The notes under the pieces were generated by a model. That model ran no database searches, had not been told where the DNA came from, and saw only the letters and a list, made by a program, of their open reading frames with translations. Shown here one piece after another: positions 25,701-37,700 of a stretch of 64,000 nt of DNA. Source of the DNA: Lytechinus pictus (taxonomy: Eukaryota); NCBI RefSeq assembly GCF_037042905.1, contig NC_087252.1:25050001-25114000 (forward strand). Direction: 5' to 3'. The first letter of the stretch is position 1. Each line of letters begins with the position of its first letter. The translations under genes were made by a program, and so were the position numbers.

Positions 25701-28700
25701 ACCCTATATTTTTAATATTTTAACGGCTTTAGAATATATTCCTCTACAAATTTAGAGAGTATGGTGAAAATGACATGGATTTTGCATGTTTGGGAGCGAA
25801 ATACGGGAACCATTCGCATTTTAGACGGTATTATTAGACTTTTGCACGTTTTCGGCGCATTTTAGGCGATTTTCAAGCCAACTCGCATCACTTTGGACAC
25901 TCATAGTTAAAACACGAGCACATGGACCCCATATTTTTAACTTCCCTACACCTTTGATATGCATTCCTCTACAATTAAGCCGAATTTGATGAAAATGACA
26001 TGGATTTTGAAAAAAGTGCAGCTTACAAAATACTTTTTTAATTTTTGAATAGATTCACGTCTTTGAAGATTTGTTTTTTCTGAGTTTTTGCATCATTTTT
26101 GCCAAATGAGGGCGCTGCTGACTCCAAATAGATATAGTTTTACCAATTAAAAGACTTTTTATTACTTTGGTATCTACTAAGTTACATATTCTGAAAGTTT
26201 GATGAAGTTTGATGCGTTATCCACTGAGTAAAGATGACTTAAACTCATTTGGTGAATTCGTGAGGTCTAAGAGAGGCATAATTCTCTTGATTGCGCAACA
26301 TTTCATATCTTTCAAATACGGCGACTTTGAAGACCCGTAGAAAAAAAAAAGCACATGAACCTATATTATTTTTTTGCATTTTAATAATGCATAGATACCA
26401 AAGTAACTCTCTGCAAAATTTGGTGAAAATGACATGGACTTCATTTTAACTGTGGAACGTCCTTAAATCTTTAAATTGCCAATTCAAGTGATTTTTTTAA
26501 ACAAGCGCACACCTAGTTATACCAATAATGCATATAGCATTTCTATTTATTTGAATGCAGGATAAAAAAGCATTGTCGATTAAATGCCTTGCTTTGACTG
26601 TCAAATGAGTTAATAGACTGGATGTGTACTGTTAGGGATTGTGCCCAAATTGGCTCTCCATAGTCATACCACAACTTTAAACCAGAGGGTTTAAATTAAC
26701 CTGAGCTCAGAATACAGGCAATAGAATCTAAGAGGTAATACTTACCACAGTCATGCTCGTCCTCGTTAAAAAAGCAATCCGACCGACCATTGCATCTCCA
26801 TGTGTTGTGCACACAGTAAGCAGAGGAAAAGAAATGGCATACAACCGTATTCCCTTCTACATCACAACCATCTACACGATAAAAAATAAGAAGCAAAATT
26901 AAGAAATGAAAATTTAGAATAATGTCGAATTAAATTCGTAAACATTATAATCGCAAGAGAAAAAAAATCCTAGGTTTTAGAAAATCTACTCCTTCTCGGG
27001 TCACCACACACGTCGTGTCCAGTGGAGGGAACAAGATCCGACTTTGAGGTTAAAAGACTCCAGATCTTCAGTTTGGCAGTCTGGTAGGAGGGGGCAGACC
27101 AAAAGGTGTAGCATCTTCTGATCCTCGATCCCCACACTCGCAGGCAGTGTCTCCATCTATGTTGTAGGTTTCAGAAAATAGCATACTTTATATATATGGA
27201 ATCAGAAGCAGGATATGTGAGAGGTCAGCATAATGATAATAATAATCATAATATCCATATTTTATTATTGGAAAATAGAAACTCTCTGAAAATTAATTAT
27301 ACCAACAAATTTGCAATAATAGTTTAAAGCTACTGAAAATCATTTGCTCTGATTGGCTGACAGTAAGCTTGTTGTAGAAACTGTGCCTTTGTTTCTATTT
27401 GTAAATGTACATCAAGTCTTGATGAGAAACGAGATTCAGATGTTCTAGTACAAGCCTATTTTCTCCCATCATGCCTTAGCACTGTGCTTCTCAACCTTTT
27501 CTACTCGAGGACCACTTTAACTCTCTGATTTTTTTCGAGGCCCACCTACAAAATTTTTAAGAAAATGTCAATTTTGAGGCAAAAATGTTTTGTGAAATTT
27601 GAACACAAAGCTCTGAAGCACATTCGAAACCAACAGTTTGAGAACTAATCTGCATTTGCAAATGTCCGGTAAATGGGCGACAATTAACTACATACACAAT
27701 ATCCATGCACATGAGGTTCACATTAAAGTTAGATCGAAACCATATAGTGTGCATGATACCTAAGCGTGCTTTAGTTTTGTTTGACCCACGTAGACTGATC
27801 ATACAAACCATGTTCAAACAGGTCTGTGAAAAGTCTATAGTTTAATTTTCTCCTATTTTTTTCTCCTTCTTGAGCTTCTCGCGGCCCACCTGAGAGAGCT
27901 TCACGACCCACCAGAGGGCCGCAGCCAACCGTTTGAGAAGCACTGCCTTATTAGCATATTAACTGTCTATGTATCCTGTCTCCATATTGCAAATTAACCT
28001 TTTCTCTCATTAATGTTTTGTAGCAATCACACATGGAATATAATTAGAGAAAATGCAAGTAAAATATTGACACCATTTCTCTTGGGGTTGTTTGTGAATA
28101 AACTTAACTTCATCATTATACACTTTAAACTGGCTATAAGCAATGAGAACCCTAAAAATCACTGTTTAAACAGCAAACTGACATTTTCCCCTGAAACACT
28201 GATTTCATTCAGCATTTCAACTCAAGTTATTTAACAACATGAAGATGCCAATTTGAAAAGAAGAGTAGATGAATACTGACGAACCATCATTTTGGAGTCT
28301 TTGACTACAAGACTTTGACTTGTCTTTTGTTCAAAGTCTCGCTTCAAGTTTCATCAAATTTTTCATATCAAGTTCTTGCTGATATTGGGATTAGAACCCG
28401 CAACCTTGCCATTGTATGCACACGTATTATCCCATTTTGCCAAGATAATGAATTTCTCTATTCAGTGCTTATTACCTTTAACCCTATAAACAAGAATGGG
28501 GGGGGGGGGAGGTTGATCCAACCCCCTAACATTTTTCGCGATAAATCTGTTGCGCAAATTTTTCTACCATGCCACTTGCTGACTTTTTTCTCATCAAAAT
28601 CAATTAGTTTCATCTTGTAAAGAAAAAAAGTCGAAGAACAATAAAAGAAATTAAGAAAATAATTTTTAAAAATAAGAAAATATTTGTGATATTGATTTCT

Positions 28701-31700
28701 TTTAAAGTACATATGATCCAAATCTTATAAAGAGTCTGTGAATAAAAAAAAAATTAGGGGCCCTATTCACTTAATTAGAGCAAATTCTAGATTTTTACGC
28801 ATATTAAATTAGCAAAGAGTTTTGAAGATTATGCCATGGGTTAACAAGCATGCCAATTTTTGTCACGATTGCGCGATCGACGGCCGAGATTACTATTTCA
28901 GTTTCAATTTCAGTATAGTCCTTCCACTATTTTTTAACTCTGATTGCTAAGATTTAATTGGTTGGAATGTTCATAATCAAATGTTTTGACTATTTCTTTG
29001 AAATTTGGATTTCAAAGAATCGCATAGTTTGCGCTGGGCTTTAGGCTTTACGATTTGTGTTTATGCATGACATGTAGTTTTTATAACTAAAAAAAAAAAC
29101 TGAAGAAAAAGTCTAAGGAAAAAAAACTGGGGTGCAGGGGCTAAATAATGACATCATCTTACATGGGTCGAAATTCCCACAATCTTGGTCTTCATCCTCT
29201 CCTCCCAAGCAATCATTTCTTCCGTTACAAAGGTCAAAGGGCTCGATGCAATTCCCATCATCACATTGGAATTCATCGCTAGGGCAAGTTGGATGTACGT
29301 AATCTGTCGGTGAAATAAGATTAAAAAAACATGTTACTGAACATGTGACATAGATGGTACATAGAATCCAATGGCTACCGTCCGATAAAGGCTCGCAATC
29401 TATTTCAAAATCTTTACCTATGTTTTTAAGTGTATATGCGAATGCTCCTGCTTGCCTTGGCAATTTCATTAGGAAATATTCGCTCTGTCTCAATCTTTAT
29501 TGCCAAATCAATGAAGCAGGAAAAAATTCCACAAGGGCACAGGCCGTCTTGCCCCTGAAATGCTCAGCAGAGCCCTGGAAAATCCTCATTCCATCATGGT
29601 AAAGCTGATTTAGGTGGGAGATTGTAAAAAGTACCCCCCCCCCAAATGACTATAATTTTTTGCCAGCTGTGAATTAAGTGTAAGTCCAAGACATCTGCTG
29701 ATGGCTTTTTTTTTTAATGAAAAAATGGCTCCGTACTGAGGAACAACCTTCCCCGTAGTATCAATCAAATAACAGAATTTGACAACATAAAATTCATTTA
29801 AATGTACTAGCTATCAATTAAGAATTCATATATCAAATCACAAAGAGATTATTTGTATGATATGCAAATAATGAATGTTTATGAGTGCAATGGACAGAAT
29901 ACTTCATGAGTTGAAAGATGAAAAATGATCCATTCAACAAGGCGTAGCTGAGTTGAATGGATCATTCATTTCATCTTTCACCGATTGAAGTATTAAGTCC
30001 ATTGCACGAATGGAGAGAACATTCATTATTTGGTTTATATATGACACCTAAAAATTGATTCTTTTTCATATGAAATTTATGAATTTCAATGCAAAATATG
30101 GTCATGCAGTGGGAGCTCGGTCTGCAGATTATCGCGTACATACAACATGCACGCTTCAAACACGAGTGGTTGTGTGGTGCCCGCTGCGCCGTCTTGGCAC
30201 ACGCGTGAAATGGACAAAATCGTAAGGATCCAGAATTGAACGATGAATGGATCCAAAATTGCACGGTTGATGACGTCATTGTAAAATGGGCAGAATGATC
30301 GATATCAAGCAACCAATCAAATGACAAGGATCTGTCAAGGTGTCATATAATTATTGTTATCCCACCGCTGCCACCATGAATCAATATTGTGTATATGGCT
30401 ATGGTGAAGGCTGTCAGATGAGACTTGGGACACTTGTTATAGAGCATATGTACATGGTGACTTTGATCACTTAGGTCAAGCGGCCATGGTTGCAAGTTGT
30501 AAGTGTGTAGATATATCAGATACCGATATCGTATATCGCAACAATTATATGCGTTTCTGAAAAATATGCACATAACAACTAGAGGGGAAAAATAGAATTT
30601 TCCAGACCAACCTTGGATAAAGAATTTCCCCTACACTTTCTCGAAGCCTGAAATATTTCTTGTATAATTTTGACTCATGTTATATCCATACTATATCAAA
30701 AAATTATATAAAAATGAATAAAAAATTAATTAATGAATGTTGCCAATTTAATGAGCAAAATGAGTTAATAATTTTTGACCTCACAAAAGGTTGTGTGCAC
30801 TCACTGTTTGGATCAATGGCTGAAGCATGGATCAGGAGCCCTTCTCCACGTGCATGCGGTCCACAGTGGAATTCAAGCCAAGCCTTGTTGCTTTGGACGA
30901 CGTACTGTCTCGGCTCGTGGTTGTGCTGGAATTCAGCGACGATCGTGTCATGGTCGCTGTGGTCGAGGCCTGTTCCAATCGAAAGGAACGATTGCAATAC
31001 AAGCTGGATGGAGTAGAACTGGAAACGCACCCAATATCCGTCCGGAACAGTGACTTCCCAGCCGATGTAGCACTGCGGTTCGTAGCGGTCCGGATAGCCT
31101 GGGGAAGTGAAGTTTGCCGTCTCTCCCAAGCCAATGGTGATGCTTTCTGTGAATATATTAAAAAACAGAGTCAATTAACCAATGAAATCTCTCATACCCT
31201 CATAGTATTCTAATTTCATAGGAAAATTAATTTTGAACAAATTTTTCATTGCAATTTGCTCTAGATGAATGAGAGGACTGTGGCTTGGTCTCCATAAAAG
31301 TCTAAGTTACAAACACTGCAGTGAGAATATCACCCTGTATTCCAAAATTTTACAATTCACAAAGTTTTGATACTACTGGAATTATTGCCAAATTTTAAGT
31401 CATCAAAGTTTAATTAAGTCACAGCTTCATTTCTTATGCTTGGGCTGTACACATGTAGATGCCACAAATGTACACATAGCCATATTAGACCGTAATCTCA
31501 CTGTTTATGCTGATCAAGTAATTCATCTATTATAGCCGAGAGGGAAGAGGGGCTTAGGACCTAAGACTTGTCAGTGATACTTGATTAATTACTCCTAGGT
31601 CCACATTTCATACTATATTCATAAACTATATCCATACTGTATCCATAAACTTTGAAAGTTGTGATGGTAATTCAACAAAACCCCCCCAACTTGGCCAAAG

Positions 31701-34700
31701 TTCATTGACCATAAATGACTTTTGACCTTAGTCATGTGACCTGAAACTCACACAGGATGTTTAGTGATACTTGATTACTTTTATGTCCAAGTTATATGAA
31801 TCAGATCCATAAATTTTCAAAGTTATGATGGTAATTCAACAAATACCCCAAACTTGGTCAAAGTTTATTGACCCTAAATGACCTTTGACCTTAATCATGT
31901 GACTTGAAACTCGGGCAGAATGTTTAGTAATACTTGATTAATCTTATGATCAAGTTTCATGAACTAGGTCCATATACTTTAAAGTTATGACAAAATTTCA
32001 AAAACTTAACCTTATAGGTTAAGATTTAGATTCCCCCAACATGGTCTAAGTTCATTGACCCTAAATGACCTTTGACCTTAGTCAAGTGACCTGAAACTCA
32101 GGCAGGATGTTCAATAATACTTGATATATCTTATGTCAAAGTTTCATGAACTAGGTCCATATACTTTCTAAGTTATGCTGTCGTTTAAAAAACTTGATTG
32201 ATGTTGACGCTGCCGTCGGAAAAGTGGCGCCTATTGTCTCTCTCTCTGCTATGCAGGTGAGACAAAAACCTAATTTTTGTCTTTGGTGTGGCATATAGGT
32301 ATCATGTTATAATTCGAGTGCCCCCCCCCCCACCTCTGGGCCGGAGCAATGGTCTTGGATACCAGAGACTGGGGTTTGATTCCCACTTGGTGCGCTAGAG
32401 CTCTTTGGCAAGGCACTTATCCTCATTACCAGGTCCCTAGGAGAGGATCTTTCATTCTCTGGTTGCTTGCTTGTTTAGAAGCATTCATGCTTTCATAGAA
32501 ATCAGATGGGTGTTTCACATAGTTAAAGGAGAATGAAACCTTTGGAACAAGATAGCTTGTGTGAAAAAAGAAAAATCAAAGAAACAGATCAACGAAAGTT
32601 ATGAGCATTTGAATATTGCGATCACTAATGCTATGGAGATCCTCAAATTGGCAATGCGGCAAAGATATGTGATGTCACTTGTGAACAACTCTCCCCATTA
32701 CTTTAGTATATATTTCACTTAAATTGCCTCTTTTATCACATCTATCAGTAGATCATGTGTTCTTTCTATAGGAGGGCATGTAATATGGATTTTTAAAAAA
32801 TACATCATGGATAAAGAGTTTGTATCACCACAAGAAAAAGCAGAAAGAGACATTTTGAGGGTATTTTATAGTCCATCAAAGGGAAAGTTGTTCACATGTG
32901 ACATCACACATCCTTGTCGCATTGCCAATGGGAGGATCTCCATAGCATTAGTGATTGCAATATTCAAATGCTCATAACTTTCTCATTATTTGTCCGATTT
33001 TTCTCAAACTTTCTTTGTTCTTATTCTTTGATTTTTCTGTTTCGACACAAGCCTACTTATTCCAAAGGTTTTCATTGCCCTTTAACCCTATCTAGGCCGG
33101 GGGGGGGGGGGCCTCCGAGGCCCCCCCTCAATGAGTCGCGCGATATTTTCGCTGCGCAAATTTTTTTGCCGCGTTGCTCGCTGACTTTTTACTTTCAAGT
33201 CTTGCGCAACTTTTGAGACCATTTTTGCGTCACCCGAGTACTCAGTTCCGAAATTACGCAACGTTATGTAAGTGCATGCCAGACCAAAAATTGCTCAAAA
33301 ACGTGATTTCGTGTACAAAGTCAATGTAAATTGTGTTTTCAACCAAAATTCATAAATGTATCATTATTTTTAGTTTTGCTGGTCTAAATGTATGTATTTT
33401 ATGCTGTTAATGATCTTAGAAGAGTCCCCAACGAATTTCATTGAAAAAACAATGAAAAAAAAAGGGTCCAAAAAACAAAGAAATACATAAGAAATTGCAA
33501 AAAACAATATAATACATAAGAAATTGATCTGATATCACAATTTTTTTCATGAAAACTTGCTAAGAACACCACAAAGAGTTTCTATGCCAAAATTAGAACA
33601 TTTGGAGCTTTATTTATGGAGTTAGAGGAAAAAGTATGATTTCGCATACTAATTACGCATAAATTAGCATAATTACTGAATAACAATTCGCATGAAATAA
33701 ATTACTATACACTTTTGTAGATTATATCCTAGACAACCTGCGTGCCAATTTTCAGTGCGATCGCGCGGTCGACGGCTGAGATCTCAAGGGGGGGCATGGG
33801 AGGCCCCCCCCCCGGCCATATGAACTCCCAAAATACCCCGGCCTAGATAGGGTTAAGAGCGCCTTTAAGAGGTGGCGCGATATCTCAGTCGGTAGAGCGG
33901 GGGTTTCATAGTCCAGTGACTGGGATTCGATTCCCAAATGGTGCGCAAGTGCCATTTGGTAAGGCATTTAAATCCTCACTACCTGGTCCCTCGGAGAGGA
34001 CCTTAAGCCGTAGGTCCAATGATTGCTTGCTTACAAGCATTGATGCTTTCTTAGCAATCACGTGAAAAAATAATAACCACCAATCTATCTATCTATCTAT
34101 AAGAACGACTGGTGATCCTTTCTTGTGGGAAATGGTAAACACCAAAACATTTATTGATGATTATTTAGCGCGTAAGAAAAGTTCACCAGTCATTCTTAAA
34201 GTTGCTCTTAACTTACAAACAACTTTATAACATGTCCCCCCAGGTCAAAAATCACCACCATGACCTACCAATAGTTCCTACAGTACCGCATTCCATTTCA
34301 TCACCGTTATCAAAGCAGTCGTTGAATCCATCACAACGCCAGTAATTTGGTATGCAGGCTTCGTTAGAACACCTAAAGAAGTTAACTCCGCAATCTCCAG
34401 AAATAGCTGTAAAAAAATGACCAAAAGATCAACACAATCTTGCGTCTACAGGGCCCAATTCATAGAGCTTGTTAGAATCACAAGCTCGCAATAATTCTTA
34501 AAAGCTACTGAAATCCTTCAACACTATTGGCTGGTAGAAAATTTGTTATAGAAATCGTCCTTTTTTATTAGTTTTCCCTTCATATTCTCACGTATCATGC
34601 AGTCTCCAATTTGCAATTTCAATATTGCCTTGCTTGCTTGTTTTTTTCGATCAAAGTAGTACTAATTTATCATTAACGAGTTATTCCTTCTTGTCGAATG

Positions 34701-37700
34701 ATATCATATTTTGTGAGGTATATGACAAACAAGTGGAATGCCTCTGGCCGTCTCACCTGCATCACGCGATTCAATATAGCAGCAGTGCTGATTTTGAAAA
34801 CTACTATAACTCGCACAAGATGTTCAGTGATACTTGGTTACTCTTATTTCCACGTTTTATGAACTAGACCAATACACTTATAGAGATATGATGGCAATTC
34901 AACAAATACCCCCAACGTGGCCAAAGTTCTTTGACCTTACATGACCTTTGACCTTGATCATGTGATCTGAAACTCGCACAGGATGTTCAGTGATACTTGA
35001 TTACTATTATGTCCAAGTTTTATGAACTAGACCAACACACTTTCAAATTTATGGCTGTAATTCAACAAATACCCCAATTTGGCCAAAGTTCATTGACCCT
35101 AAATGACCTTTGACCTTGATCATGTGACCTGAAACTTGCACAGGATGTTCAGTAATACTTGATTACTATTATGTCCAAGTTTCATGAATCAGATCCATAA
35201 ACTTTCAAAGTTATGATGGTAATTCAACAGATACCCCCAATTCGGCCAAAGTTCATTGACCCTAAATGACCTTTGACCTTGGTCATGTGATGTGAAACTC
35301 ATGCAGGATGTTCAGTGATACTTGATTAACCTTATGTATAAGTTTCATGAACTAGGTCTATATATTTTCTAAGTTATGATGACATTTCAAAAACTTAACC
35401 TTAGGTTAAGATTTTGATGTTGATTCCCCCAACATGGTCTAAGTTCATTGACCCTAAATGACCTTTGACCTTGGTCATGTGACATGAAACTCAGGCAGGA
35501 TGTTCAGTAATACTTGATTAACCTTATGGCCAAGTTTCATGAACTAGGTCCATATACTTTCTAAGTTATGCTGTCATTTCAAAAACTTAACCTCAGGTTA
35601 AGATTTGGTGTTGACGCCGCCGCCGCCGTCGGAAAAGCGGCGCCTATAGTCTCACTCTGCTATGCAGGTGAGACAACAAAACCAAACTGGAACTGAAAGA
35701 TTCTTACGACAATCGATCTCGTCTTCGCCATATTCACAGTCTGCTACATGGTTGCATTCCTCTGTAAAAAAGATGCACTGTGAGCTGTTGTAACATTCAA
35801 AGAAAAATAGAGAGCCGCCACAGCCAGTAAAAGCTGCAAGAGATTGAAAAAAGGGGGGGGGGGGAGATATGACAATTATTACTAAGTGATGTTAGAATTA
35901 GACTGATAAAAACATTATTTTGGGGCCTATGATAACAAGCTTTGCTTTCAACTCACATGTAGCCAGTCCCCTCCATTCTTCACTGGTATAATTGTGTATA
36001 ATTGCTTTGTCATAGGAACCATTTATTTCATATCATTACACCTTATAATTGTGTCAACCATTACAATGTTTGTGTGTGATTGTGAATTATGGATATAAAC
36101 TGAAACTGAACCCGAAAAAGGGATACAAGTGCAATTCAGGGGCCGGCTTCATCAGCGGTTTTTAAGCTTATGAAATATCATAATGATAACTTTGGCAATA
36201 AGGTAACAATGTGTACGGTATCAGGTCCGAGCAGCCAATCAAAATCTAGGTTTCCATGGCGATATGGTAAAGGTAATTGAGAGTCTTTATGTAACAGCGA
36301 AATATTTTCACGATTAGGACTTATTGCACAAAGCAACAAATGGGCGGGGCCTGGTTGGAATTACAAGCCAGCGAGTTCACTGCTGTAATTACATCCCTAA
36401 ATTTCCTTACATGATTTGTCTTCCCAAGCAAAAATAGGGTTCCCAGCTTTTCAAGAACACAAAATTCCGTGATTTTTCAAGGATGAAGTTTAAAAATTGC
36501 CTGATAATTATTTAAACCCATTCCCAGTTTCAAATGTTATCTACATGTAAGTTATTGCAGTGAATTACATGTACATGTAATTTCAGTATAAAAACAATAA
36601 TGTAAAACTAATTAGTACCACCATAACAAGTCATTCAATGGATGTTGTTTTGATATGCAACAAAATATAACAGAGTCTGACTGACTACCATGCTGTCGAC
36701 TATTGGGCTGGTCAAAATTCCCTGATTTTTCCCTCATTTGAGGCATTTTCCCTGATTTGAGTTATTTTTTTATCAAATTCCCTGATTTTACCCTGACTGG
36801 TAAAAAGTAAAAAAAATAATTTTCCCTGATGGGCTGGGAACCCTGAAAAATATCTTCCTTGGCCCCCGTCTTACAAAGAGTTGCGATTGATCAGATAAAC
36901 CTCAGCTATGGAAATTTTTTATAGATAAGATTTGTATTCATACACTCATAATTTTCATGAAAATTCAGTGTGCTTCTCTTAGTTTGCAAATGACATCATA
37001 CAAATTTCCAGGAAAAAAATAATGACATTGATGGATTTCCATATAGTTGAGACTGATCAGATCACTCACAACTCTTTGTACGGCGAGTCCATGGGAGGAT
37101 GGGGGGGGGGGGTGTAGGCCACAAAGCATAGAAACAAGTACATCCTTAGGTCACATTATAAATTTGTTTCCAAGATCACTTCTGATATATCGCTTCCAAG
37201 ACATCTTGCAACATTCAGTTAGCTAGCCCGGTTCCAACTGAATCAGCATAGTGGGAGCCCGTTTAAGAAGCCACTGGGAACGGGTGTAGGTCAGAAAGCA
37301 TTGAAAAGAGTACTCACGGCAGCCTGCTTCATCGCTGTTATCGCCACAGTCACCTGTTAAAGAAGCCACTGTGAAATGTGAACGGGGGGGGGGGTGGGGG
37401 AGGTAGGTGTGTATAGGTCAGAAAGCATTGAAAAGAGTACTCACGGCAGCCTGCTTCATCGCTGTTATCGCCACAGTCACTTGTTTAAGAAGCCACTGTG
37501 AACTGTGAACGGGGGGGGGGGGGGGGGAGGTAGGTGTGTATAGGTCAGAAAGCATTGAAAAGAGTACTCACGGCAGCCTGCTTCATCGCTGTTATCTCGC
37601 CACAGTCACCTGTTTAAGAAGCCACTGTGAACTGTGAACGGGGGGGGGGTAGGTGTGTATAGGTCAGAAAGCATTGAAAAGAGTACTTACGGCAGCCTGC

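Larger units (their letters stand above)
22055..26462. mobile_element. TTAA-flanked non-autonomous DNA element (Kolobok-like) with two nested MITEs
   Basis: Perfect 16-bp TIR GGACGTTCCACAGTTA, TTAA on both sides; TGAAAATGACATGG recurs six times internally. Confidence 0.85.

Noticed and set aside
33874..33950. tRNA gene
   Set aside because: A/B boxes are present but I cannot fold a clean cloverleaf, and it continues into a SINE body seen elsewhere in the window.
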